Positions 1 through 11,030 of a stretch of 64,000 nt of DNA are shown here, in pieces. Position 1 is the stretch's first letter; each line of letters starts with the position of its first letter. The DNA is from Azolla caroliniana (taxonomy: Eukaryota; Plantae; Polypodiophyta): NCBI GenBank assembly GCA_043228905.1, contig JBHGNT010000009.1, forward strand, positions 6,014,001 through 6,078,000, given 5' to 3'. The position numbers and the translations under genes are program-made. The notes under the pieces are model-generated. The model was not told where the DNA came from. It saw nothing but the letters and a program-made list of their open reading frames with translations, and did not search any database.

Positions 1-957
1 GGCTCTTTCGAGCATTGAGGCTGAGTATCGGGGCACTACTGTAGCCACCTGTGAAGCCATATGGTTTCGGCGGTTGCTGCAAGACCTCTGGATCGAAGTA
101 CCGACTCCGATCCCGATCTACTGTGACAACATGAGCAACATGTAGTTGGCCAAGAACCCTGTGTTCCATGCTCGGACGAAGCACATAGAAGTGCATTATC
201 ACTTTGTGCGCGGGCGGGTGCTTAATGGTGGAGTAGAACTCCGGTATGTGTAGACGGATCGGTAGGTTGCCAACATCTTCACCAAGGTGCTCAGAACCGA
301 CAATTTGCAGCATTTTTTGGAGATGCTTGGTCTTCAGCATCTCGACATGCCGCACTTGAGGTTGAGAAGGAGGAAATCAAAACAAATACCAGGAAAACAA
401 TAGCCGAAGAGAAGGAATTAGCTGAAGCAAGGGTAAACAAGAAGAAAATGGAGCCGAGTCGACAGAAGATGTCGGCACATCCGAACAAGTTAGAACAAGT
501 GGTGATGGCGATAGAGTCAAGAAGGATAGAGCCGACCGGAGGAAGAAGGCCAAGACCCGGACGTGGTCCAACGCAGTCCGACATGGTGATGGGCTTGAAG
601 GTTGAAGACAAATTGGAGACAGCCAATTCGGACAAGAGCTGGAACGAATTGGAGGCACCCGATTCAAAAGAGGTGGTTGATTCAGAGGAGCCGGATCAAC
701 TGAATAGCAAACGGACAAGGAGGCAACGGAAGTCGGCACCGACACGGAGGGACCGATGGGTCGACAAGCGTCGAAGTTGCAACAACGAAGGAGCTGAGAA
801 GGGCCTTATGAGCAGACAAGCCGACCGAGAAAGTCGAGGTGCATGGGACCGAACGGGTCCAAGAGCACGAGCAAGGCAGGAAGATGCCTGGAGGAGCCGG
901 AGAAAAGGACCAATGGAAACACATAGTGATCCGACCTCAAGTTGACCTTGACAGGAG
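1..957 (+). mobile_element. 3' part of a decayed Ty1/copia element: RNase H pseudogene plus a charged 3' extension (same family as element D)
   Basis: Translates to EAEYR...CEAIWFRRLL...IYCDN...[21 protein letters not shown] with stops. The extension resembles 26035-26650. A purine tract precedes TGTTGAG at 958. Confidence 0.85.
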
Positions 958-1370
958 TGTTGAGTGGGCCAGCTCAACCGGATCCGAATCGGTTGAATAA
1001 GCCAAGAGCCGAATCGGTATCCACAATGGAGAACCAGATAGGTGTACGGATATACTAGTATCCGGAACCTAGAACCAAACCAGAGAACTGGATCGTACTC
1101 CGGAATAGTGAGAACTGGTAGGCCGTTGGAGCCTACGGTTTGAGTCTAGTACATAGGCATATTCCTTGGAGTTAGTGTCAGTCGCTTGTATGAGCATTGA
1201 AGTACTTGTATAAAAAGTGTTCTATAGGACATTTGGATGTAAAGAGTGTTATTATTTTGAATTGAGTTTTATGCTATTCTACTCTCTCTGTCTCTCCCGT
1301 GTACTATGTACTCTTAATCTTCCATTAAACCTTCATTTTTGTTTTACTATTGTTATCTGGTTGAGTTGGT
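958..1370 (+). repeat. 3' LTR of the first copia element; right end uncertain or truncated
   Basis: Starts TGTTGAGTGGGCCAGCTCAACC, like the start of the D LTR (minus strand from 31879). TATA-like sequence near 1210. Confidence 0.6.
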
Positions 1371-1394
1371 TTATCTAAGCTTCCGCATAATAAT

Positions 1395-2512
1395 TTTTAC
1401 AAATTGCCGAAGCTTGTCAGCTCTTAGGGCTTTGGTGAAGATGTCGGTTGTTTGAAGATTCACGTTGATATGTTGAAGGTCGACATCTCCAGCTTGAATG
1501 CGCTCTCGGATGAAGTGATAACGCACCTCGATATCCTTCGTGAGTGCGTGGAACACCGGGTTCCTAGCCAGATAAATATTGTTCATGTTGTCGCAGTAAA
1601 TGGGAGTCAAATCCTTGATGGGAATGCCCAAATCCTTTAAAATCCTCTTGAGCCATATGGTTTCACATGCAGCCACAACCGCACCCCTTTATTTGGCCTC
1701 TGCGCTCGAAAGTGCAACAAGTAACAACTTCTTGCTACTCTAGGATATTGCTCTGCTAACGAGGGAGAAAACAAATTTGGAGGTTGATCTTCTATAATCC
1801 TTATAGTAAGCCCAATCAGCATCCATGTACCCCTCAAGTTGAATTGGTGTGGCCAATTTGTAGAGAATGTCAAAATCCATTGTGCCGTGCACATATTGTA
1901 ACACTCTCTTAGCGCAATCTAATTGGCTATGGAGACCGACCGGGTAGCTGAGGTCGAGTCGAGTGATCCTGAGATAGATGAGGCTCCTGATCAATTGTCA
2001 ATACTGAGTCGACTCACACTCTTCCATGCCGTAGTCAAGAGCTAGCTTTAGGTTCCGGTTGAGAGGTGTTGCCACATATTTGCACTTAGTCATCCCGAAC
2101 TTGTATAACAAGTTAAGGATGTAGTGTTGTTGGGAGATCATAATGCCAACTAGAGTCTGAATTACCTTGATGCCAAGGAAGTAATGGAGCTCCTTCATGT
2201 CCGTCGTCTCAAATTTTCCGGAGAGGAGGGACTTGACCTTGTTGATGTCAACTAGATGCTCACCTCCAATGACCAGATTATCCACATATAGGATGATGAC
2301 AATCATGCTTCCAAAATTGTTTCTTACGTGGAGGGAGTTATCAGATTTTGACATACTGAAGCCAATTCGATGAAGATATTGTGTTACCTTCGAATGCCAA
2401 GCACGTGGTGCTTGCTTAAGGTCGTAGAGTGGCTTCTTTAGTCGGCAGACTACTTTCAGATGAATGTTGGATTCGAAGTTAGGTGGTTGTACCATGTACA
2501 CCTCCTCTTCTA
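1395..2512 (-). pseudogene. pol: Ty1/copia RT-RNase H fragment (degenerate, no LTRs seen)
   Basis: VYMVQPP..VCRLKKPLYDLKQAPRAW, ILYVDN, DADWA...RRSTS and IYCDN...ARNPVFH motifs, broken by stops and frameshifts. Confidence 0.9.
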
Positions 2513-2866
2513 ATTATATGGAAACTCATTAGTTATGTGTCATAGAATATAATTATATGACACATAGTTAATGTTTAGAGAGTAGTGGTGACCTTTGACC
2601 TTTGAATGCTCATACATTCTCAAAAGGTATGTTCACACGTTAGACTAGGTTGAGTTTGATTCTCAACAATTTACTATGGTTATGAAATGATTTTAGTAAG
2701 CAAACTACATATGAATTGTTACATGATTGTATTTGAGTGTAAGGCTGCCTAATAGTGCAAGAAATCTTGTATGTGTAAGTGTATGCCTGTGAAAAAATGT
2801 GTATAGTCATAAAGTTTTTGGGTCTTATTGAGATCCGAAAAGGGTGAATAATTGGTCTACAACAAC

Positions 2867-3390
2867 ATTTCTTCTTCTTTTTTCTTTTTCCAAAAAATAC
2901 TCCTTCCATTATTATATATAAATCCCTATAGGGACACGATAGGTCCATCTTACGTGGATGCCCACTGCCTCGAGAAAGGGAGAGGACGACCATTGTTGGA
3001 TAAAGGCTAGTCGTTGTCTTTCAACTCTATCGGAGTCGCCCTTGAGGCCATCATATTGGCTCTTTAGAGTGGCTACAACTTCACTCCACAACTCTTGCAT
3101 TAACATTATTGGTTGTGCGCTTTGGTTGGAGAAGATCCCCATCTATACCATTGTTTCCAATAAATCCAAAGAGTTATTGGGCTAACCGAGTCCAACACAA
3201 CTTGAGATTTGGCACTAATAGGAGTTGAGTGGATATTGCCGATGGTGGAGAAAAAAACCTCTTGTGCTTTTATAACCAAAGTCATCCCCTCCTCTTGATG
3301 CTCATATTTGTCAACTGGGGCCTGCCATGATATCCAACATACATTCCTCCACTTGATTGAGCCTTGCACTTGGCATAATTGCAATAAGCG
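2867..3390 (-). mobile_element. 3' fragment of an L1-like LINE (ORF2 C-terminus plus A-rich tail)
   Basis: ITLWIYWK...QPIMLMQELWSEVVATLKSQ..RLAFIQQW..RWTYR aligns by eye with the ORF2 C-terminus of the LINE at 45181-46080. The A-rich tail is at about 2867-2890. Confidence 0.7.
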
Positions 3391-3529
3391 GCCAACCCCC
3401 CGCTATCGTTAAAATCCGTCACTATGTGTGGATCGTGAGGCGGAACTGCCAGGGTTATGGACGGGAAGGAAATAGGGCTCACACGCACAACACAAGGAAG
3501 GCTTACACAAACAAGCACGATTATTCGAA

Positions 3530-5050
3530 CGTGTTTGTAAAAAGGAGAGGTGTATGGGCAAGCTCGAATCAACCCCCAGTCACAAGGCGAACGAATGCAC
3601 GTGAGGAAGGCTTACACACGGACACACAAGGAATAGGCTTACTTACACACACGAGAGACAGAGTTTCGAATGCCTTTGTGAAAAGAGAGGTGCATGGGCA
3701 AGCCCGAACGCTCCCTTGTTACAAGACATGCAAATAGACAAGCAAGGTTTACTCACGGGAGACACAATTTCAAACGCCTTTGTGAAAGGAGAGGTGCATG
3801 GGCAAGCTCGAACGTTGCCTTGCCACAAGCCGTACAAACACACAAGGTAAAGGTTTACTTACACACACAAGAGATAGAGTTTCGAATGCCTTTGTGAAAA
3901 GAGAGGTGCATGGGCAAGCCCGAACGCTCCCTTGCCACAAGTCGCACGAACACACAAGCAAGATTTACACTAACATGCAAGACACGATTTTGAACGCCTT
4001 TGTGAAAGGAGAGGTGCATGGGCAAGCCCGAACGCTCCCTTGCCACAAGTCGTACAAACACACAAGCAAGATTTACATTAACATGCAAGACACGAAAGTT
4101 TGAATGCCTTTGTTAAAGGAGAGGTGCATGGGCAAGCCCGAAACGCTCCCTTGTCACAAGACATAGAAACAGGTAAGCACAAATGACAATAACATATTGT
4201 TAGGAAACAGGTCCCTCCAGATGGGAAGTGAGAAGACCCGGTGAGAACCGGATGTGGAGTACCCGGCAACAGAAGACCCAGTGAGAACCGGATGACAAGT
4301 ACCCAGCAAGGAAGATCCAGTGAGAACCGGATGTTGCAGGCCCGGTGAGAACCTCTCACCGGATGAAGGGACATATATGTAAATATGTTCCAGAGAGCCC
4401 ATTGAGGCTATATTTGTAAATAGCTCGAAAGTCATATTAGTATAAATATGACCGAGGGCAAACTTAATAGTTATGATGATGTAGAGTCATTGGTGTAACT
4501 TTTGTAACTATGTGTACAGAGAAGAGAGAGAGAGAGGAAGAGGTCGTTGCCTTTGTTGTAACCACCTGGTGGCGAAGTGAGGGAGCAAGAGGTCGTTGCC
4601 TCTGTGCCTCATTGTTGTATTACTTTACATAGTGATATTTTGCAGTCTGAGGGTTGCCGTGGTTTTTCCCATATTTGGGTTTTCCACATCAACATCCTGT
4701 GCACTCTCTTCTTTACTATTTCGTGCGTAGATACATCTTCCCACATCCCTGTTTTCTGTGATTGATCCGATGTCTCGATTGTGGCCGAGCATAGCTTAGG
4801 GAGGCGTATTCCTGTCACATATAAGACATGTAAGTTTGAATGCCTTTATGAAAGGAGAGGTCCATGGGCAAGCCCGAAATGCTCCCTTGTCACAATACAC
4901 ACAAACAAATAATCACAAGCGAGGATAACATATAAGACACGTAGGTTTGAATGCCTTTGTGAAAGGAGAGGTGCATGGGCAAGCCTGAAACGCTCCCTTG
5001 TCACAAAACACACAAACAAATAAGCACAATCAAGATTTACACATAAGACA
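3530..5050. repeat. About 110-bp tandem array (8 units) with a conserved hairpin core, interrupted by a solo LTR
   Basis: GAGAGGTGCATGGGCAAGCCCGAACGCTCCCTTG recurs near 3545, 3686, 3789, 3901, 4008, 4118, 4855 and 4966. Confidence 0.85.
4198..4817 (+). mobile_element. Solo LTR (copia E/F-like family), TSD CATAT
   Basis: TG...CA ends. CATAT at 4193-4197 and 4818-4822. The uninterrupted neighbouring unit reads AACATATAAGAC. Shares the TATA palindrome and U5 motifs of the F LTR. Confidence 0.9.
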
Positions 5051-5367
5051 AGTAGATGAAAGAAAACATTAGTTTATATCAATATAATAGATTCTTTTAT
5101 AATATAAGAATCATGTTACAATGGGTTGGATGTGAATATGAAGGATTGTTTATAAAGGAATGGGGGAAGAGAGGTGGAGGAAAGAAGAGAATGGAATATA
5201 GAAGGAGTTTCTTTGTTGATGATGCTTCTTGATGTTGTTGATCATTCTTCTTCCGCTTTCCAATTGAGTAGAGCTTCCGTGTTCCTTCTCCCTCCCCCCC
5301 TTCTTCACTAGAATAGGCTCTTACCTAGTAGTCTAGGCTGCTACTAAGCTTCCGGTTACTGATGGAT

Positions 5368-5946
5368 TGTTAAGCCCTTGGATAACACCACGACTAGTTG
5401 TGAAGAAGAGCGCATCAACAAGGACACAATATAGTTAAAGGACCTACGAAGAGGGAATAGCAAGAGGAAAGAGGGTTAAAGGACATCGGAGTGTGAAAGG
5501 CCCATGCCCTAAACGTGAAAGCTATATAAACCACATTGTAGTGGCTTTGTGGGGGTTCTCCCATTTGTAAAGATCTCCTATTGATTAGAGCTAGAACTTC
5601 CTCTCCTCCATCTTGTAACCTTTGAGCTTAAGGGAGATTAGTGAGGTGTTTAGTTAGAGAACACTAATCTCTCTCCTTGTTGGTGCTAGACCTCTTAGCA
5701 AAGAGGGTTAATAAACATACTCTTCCTTCTTATTGTCTATATCTATTAACCTATTGTCTATGAGAGAGAGCTTGAGAGAGTGAGAGAGATATCATGCTCA
5801 ATCATTTACTAATCGTTAAGTGAGTGTGAGGCTCGGAGGTATCTGACAACCATCTCCGCCCGATTCGCCATCAAGAGGGTATACGTCGGTCCGAATCCCG
5901 CCACGACATCGAGGAGCTTACTCCATCGATACATAGATCCTTAACA
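5368..5946 (+). repeat. Element A 5' LTR
   Basis: Direct repeat of 25333-25911, with roughly 15-20 substitutions by eye. Confidence 0.95.
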
Positions 5947-5952
5947 TCTATT

Positions 5953-5971
5953 TGGTGCCACTGCCGGGGAT
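5953..5971 (+). promoter_or_regulatory. Primer-binding site of A, tRNA-Asp-like
   Basis: TGGTGCCACTGCCGGGGAT versus the Athila-type Asp PBS TGGCGCCGTTGCCGGGGAT (3 mismatches). Confidence 0.7.
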
Positions 5972-6054
5972 ACGAAAGACGCTTGAAGCCTATTTCGAGT
6001 AGTCAAAAACTTGAAGGCAACCCACTTAACGAAGGAAGAAATCAAAAGAGATCC

Positions 6055-6362
6055 ACTATTTTCTGTTTTTCTTACTATTTCATAGTTTAATTAAAGTCGA
6101 TTTTCTGTTTTTCTCACTATTTCATAGTTCAATTAAGTTGATTTTGTGTTTTTCTCACTAATTCATTGTTTAATTAAGTTGATTTTCTGTTTTTTCTGAC
6201 TAATTCATAGTTTAATTAAGTTGATTTTCTGTTTTTTCTCACTAATTCATAGTTTAATTAAGTTGATTTTCTGTTTTTTCTCACTAACTCATAGTTTAAT
6301 TAAGTTGATTTTCTGTTTTTTCTCACTAATTCATAGTTTAATTAAGTTGATTTTCTGTTTTT
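6055..6362. repeat. About 42-bp AT-rich tandem repeat (about 7 copies) in the 5' UTR of A
   Basis: Unit TTGATTTTCTGTTTTTTCTCACTAATTCATAGTTTAATTAAG. Confidence 0.9.
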
Positions 6363-6524
6363 TAAAAGAAGTTTTGAACTACCCCATCTTAATCGCCCGG
6401 ACATCAACAAGCTATTCGTTCGGTTAACACTAAACATTGTGGAGATTGAGCTGTTAAAGGGCAAGCATAACCACCGCGATTCTCGTGGATTACGATCATT
6501 CCACGGGACACGAAACGACTGTTG

Positions 6525-7276
6525 TGACGGGAACCCAACATTCCTTATGCGCAATGCTCGGCCACAACCGAGATTCTTTTCATACACAGAAAAACGGGAA
6601 ATAAAACACGATACAAAGGAGAGGAAGATACACACACACTACACAGGAGGTTTACGTGGAAAACCCCAAACTAGGGGAAAAACCACGGCAGCCCACAGGC
6701 TGCAAACTGTCACTATGTATGAATGTACAAAACCAGTGAGTTCTCGGAGGCAACGACCTTGGACTCATGCTCTTCGCCACAAGCGGCGGTTACAACAGAG
6801 GCTACGACCTCTTTCTCTCTCTCTCTCTGTGTACACTATTACGTGCTCTCTCTTCTTCTTGCACCAACAAGAAAAGTAACAACACCCTAATATTAGTTTG
6901 CCCTAAGTCATATTTATACTAATATGACTTTTCGGCTATTTACAAATATAGCCACGATGGGCTCTCAGAAACATATTTATGAAAATGTCTCTTCCTCCGG
7001 TTCATACCGGGTCTGCACCATCCGGCTCTCCGTAGCCGGGTACTCCTCATCTGGTTCGTACCGGGCCTGCACCATCCGGCTCTCCGTAGCCGGGTACTCC
7101 TCATCCGGTTCGTACCGGGCCTGCACCATCCGGCTCTCCGTAGCCGGGTACTCCTCCTCCGGTTCGTACCGGGCCTGCACCATCCGGCTCTCCGTAGCCG
7201 GGTACTCCTCATCCGGTTCGTACCGGGCCTGTATCATCCGGCTCTCTTCCCATCCGGAGGGACTTGTCTCCCAACA
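6525..7276 (-). mobile_element. Solo LTR (copia E/F-like family) nested in A, TSD TGTTG, with an internal 54-bp CCGG-rich tandem repeat
   Basis: TG...CA ends. TGTTG at 6520-6524 and 7277-7281. Closely similar to 27772-28506. The repeat lies at about 6994-7245. Confidence 0.92.
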
Positions 7277-7344
7277 TGTTGGTGCCAAAAAAATTCAAAT
7301 TTCCCACGCAAAGTTCGTCGAAAGAACAGAGTTCAATAAGAGAA

Positions 7345-8020
7345 GCATCCTTCGACGAAGGTTCATCATTCGACGAAGGTTCATCATTCGATGAAGGTTC
7401 ATCATTCGACAAAGGTTCACATCATTCGACGAAGGCTCATCATTCGACGAAGGTTCATCATTCGACGAACCTTCACATCATTCAACGAACCTTCATCATT
7501 CGATGAAGGTTGATCATTCGACGAAGGTTCACATCATTCAACGAACCCTCATCATTCGACGAAGGTTCATCATTCGACGAACCCTCATCATTCACCGAAG
7601 GTTCATCCTTCGACGAACCTTCATCATTCGACGAAGGTTCATCCTTCGACGAACCCTCATCATTCGACGAAGGTTGATTATTCGACGAACCTTCATCATT
7701 CGACGAAGGTTAATCATTCGTCGACGAAGGTTCATCATTCGAGGAACCCTCATCATTCGACGAAGGTTCATCCTTCGACGAACCCTCATCATTCGACGAA
7801 CCCTCAACATTCACCGAAGGTTCATCCTTCGACGAACCTTCATCATTCGACGAAGGTTCACATCATTCGACGAACCCTCATCATTCGACGAAGGTTGATC
7901 ATTCGACGAAGGTTTCGTCGACGAAGGTTCATCATTCGAGGAACCCTCATCATTCGACGAAGGTTCATCCTTTGACGAACCCTCATCATTCGACGAAGGT
8001 TCATCATTCGACGAAAGATT
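7345..8020. repeat. About 18-bp two-variant tandem array (TCATTCGACGAAGGTTCA / TCATTCGACGAACCYTCA) upstream of the A gag
   Basis: About 35 units visible directly in the sequence. Confidence 0.92.
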
Positions 8021-8273
8021 CAAAGTTTGATGAACCTACAAAAGCTTGACAAGAAAACATGGCCGGATCCTCATGGACAGAGATGTTCAAAACCTGACCC
8101 ACACGCCAGGAGGAGTCCACCCAAACCAACCAAACACACGATGCTGACCCACCTAACCCGACTCGGTACCATAGAGGGTGGCTAACTCCGGGGACGCTAC
8201 CAAACATGAACCTCCCATCGAGCCTAGGAACTAAAGCACCTCTCACCACGCCCCCACTACAGGAGAGCCCAAT

Positions 8274-10312
8274 GGCATACCCACTTTGGCAGAAAGGAAA
8301 GACAGATTTGCACGAGTGCAACAAAAACTTCACCTCCTAGAAGCGTTGTCGCATACGCACCATCGAGGCCATGAGCGCAGCCCCGCGTCGCATTCGACCA
8401 CAATGAGTAACAGTCCAAACGAAGCCCACACACAACGACACCCGACACCACCACGTATGGACACGACCCCTACACCAGACCAAACTGTCTCGACATCCCC
8501 AATCACCAAACTCGCACTAGCGTTACAATCCATCATTGATGGAAAAAGAGCGAGCACCTACGGACCATTCGAGAAACCTTACAAACGACAGCGGGAAGAG
8601 TGCTTCCATTTCTAAACTAGTACCCCGTTTTCTCGGTTTCGGTGACGCTTATGATCACGTCGAGAGGTTCAAACAGATATGCCGCGCTTATGAACCCCTC
8701 ACAGAGACCACCAAAGTAACCGCATTTGGGCTTACACTTGATGACTAAGCCGGAATTTGGTTTAGAACCTTGAATGAAGACATCGTCGCGGACTTCAGGT
8801 ACGTCATCGAAGATTTCTTGATAAACTTCGCTCGTCGAGGGAATAAATGGAACCCGATCGACCAACTTTTCGCCCTCAAGCAAGAAGCAAACGAGACGGT
8901 TAGGGACTACATACGCCGCACGAAAAGCCTACACCATCGTTGTAGCCCGAGTGACAAGATGTCAGATGACAAATTGATGAGCCGCTTCATCAATGGGTTG
9001 TTCGATCCGACGCTGCAAAACTTCCTGATTGCCAGGATGTGTCGGTCGTTCACTGAAGCTTGCACGGTAGTGATGACCTTCGAGGATTCAATGAGCGGGT
9101 TACAGATACCCACTCAAGCGCCTACGAACAACTGTGAGAAGCCCTCAGACCCTACTCTATTGATGCCACCGAGACCACCCCGTATAGAAAGACCCCAAGC
9201 ATACGCCCAAAGAGAAAATGTAAGGTGTACAGTATGCCATGGCCATCACATGGGGCATGAGTGCCCCCTCCACCAACGACGGCCGCAATACTATAAGTGG
9301 TGCAAAGTTTTCATGATGCATTCTCAAGAGAACTGTTGGCAAGCCCCAAATGGAAGGTATAGCCAAACACCAATGGTAGAGCACCCATGCTCACCTCCAC
9401 TGTTAAGCCGCCCACAACTACTAGCAATACTTCCCCAACAACCCCCACTACCGCGTATTGGCACTCGCCTCGTTGAACTAGAATATACCACCGATAACCA
9501 AACTCAGGTTGGGGGGGCAACCCCCGAATATGAAGCATACTAGGGGTATGGTGTTGAAGAAGAGGTGCTTTCCCACTTTGTTGACTTCGAAGGTGACCAA
9601 ATACCGGTCTACGTCTTGAGAGGAGAACAACAAGGGCCATCGACGGGATATCGCACAATAGTGGTCTAAGGAGGCCAAAATTGAAATGTTTCAATTGCCA
9701 AGGCTCACACATGGTTTGTGAGTGCCCAACCAAACATGAATACTACAACCTGATAGCATAACGACCACAACACCCCTCACTCGAAACAACCCCACAACCA
9801 CCAATGCAAAGTCTCACTCAATAGTCACTAGACGTTATCGAGTGGTTCCAAAGAGAAGCATCATGCCTAGGGTGTGGTAAAGATCACTTAGTACCCGATT
9901 GCCCAGAAAAAAAGAAAAGGATTGGCGCAAACTTGTTATCTATCGTACCATCAACGGTTGGCGCCAACGTTACCACACGAGCTCAAAGAATAGCTCATAA
10001 CTTAAAGTGTCACGACCAAGGCCTCCCCATGACTACGCGTAAGAGACGAAAATCCAAAACAAATGCATCCACGCAGGCCTCAAAGCAAGAACAAGAACCG
10101 GAGGGAGACATAGAAACAATACCTGTCAACCCTAACCAAGAGCTGCCGACACACCTAGCAGCATACCCAAACCTAGCAGTTGAAAAACAAAAGGTCGAAG
10201 AGTACATCAAACTCATCCGACACGAACAGTGCGAAAGATCGCTTAGTCTTCCGAGCCTAAACTTCGACCAACTCGAAGAATGGGTAAATCCTGCACCCCA
10301 ACACACGAGTAC
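8274..10312 (+). pseudogene. gag: Element A gag (capsid domain plus several zinc knuckles), disrupted
   Basis: PRF..DAYDHVERFKQIC, FGLTL..AGIWF, LFALKQEANETVRDYIRR; knuckles CTVCHGHHMGHEC, CFNCQGSHMVCEC and CLGCGKDHLVPDC. Contains stops and frameshifts and is cut by B. Confidence 0.8.
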
Positions 10313-10753
10313 TGTCAGGAATAGTACTAAAACAGAGATGGAATTAGTACTAAGAACAGCAGTACTATTAGTACTAAGAGGACGGGACTGCGTAAGATTC
10401 CCGAGAGAGGAAGTGAGAAGAGGAGAGAGAGAGAGAGATAGCGAGAATGAGAGAGAGAGAGAGATGATGACAGCAGCTATATATTATGTGAAAAGATAAG
10501 TACAAGCGGCTAAGAGGCTTAAGACTTGCGTTGAACCAATTTGGTTCAAAACAATGCCTTGTGCCTCCTTCTATAGTGTTTTTAGGAATAATCTTGAAGC
10601 TTCTAGAATGTTCCAGAGAGATCTGGAATATACATCAATTTTCTATGATAAAGTATAAATGAAAATAATATCCTACAAAATACAATTCCTAATCTAATGG
10701 TAAGAGCTCGACCCATGTAGCATAAGGTCATGGGTTCGAGTCTTGCCATGACA
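10313..10753 (-). repeat. Element B 3' LTR
   Basis: Repeat of 22780-23220, next to the PPT at 10754-10766. Confidence 0.95.
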
Positions 10754-10764
10754 CTATCTCCCCC

Positions 10765-11030
10765 TTAAAGACGACGAGTGGAACGAGTCGGCGCTAACTG
10801 CGGACCGGGTTTGTCTGGATACTTTCGGTGGAAATCAGCAAGAAGATCTTGTGCATTGGCAACATTCTCGACGGGTTCCCAAGTACGTTCGCTCGGACTA
10901 TAACCGAGCCAATCGACCAAGTAATAAAGTTTGTTGCGAACAAGTTTGGAATCGAGGATGGCAGCAACTTCATACTCCAGCGGGGGCGGCGGTGGTGTCA
11001 CACGATCGGGAATGGTGTTTGCTTTATATC
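10765..11030 (-). pseudogene. Element B integrase C-terminal chromodomain (out of frame with the rest of IN)
   Basis: EYEVAAILDSK..KLYYLVDWLGYSPSERTWEPVENV. A small deletion after IHPVF shifts the frame. Confidence 0.9.

Noticed and set aside
3530-5050. CRISPR-like repeat-spacer array
   Set aside because: The linkers are homologous to each other, the context is eukaryotic, and there are no cas genes.
6924-8023. Repetitive ORFs (SSSGSYRACTIRLSVAGY, EYPATESRM, IIRRRF, SSFDEG) as real proteins
   Set aside because: They are translations of 54-bp and 18-bp DNA repeats that are open in several frames and on both strands.
9933-10499. 188-aa ORF as a separate gene
   Set aside because: It is a chimera of A gag and the antisense B LTR with its GA microsatellite.
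10691-10753. Functional tRNA gene in the LTRs (also at 13800 and 36405)
   Set aside because: No acceptor stem or clean anticodon arm can be built. Only A/B-box-like parts remain.
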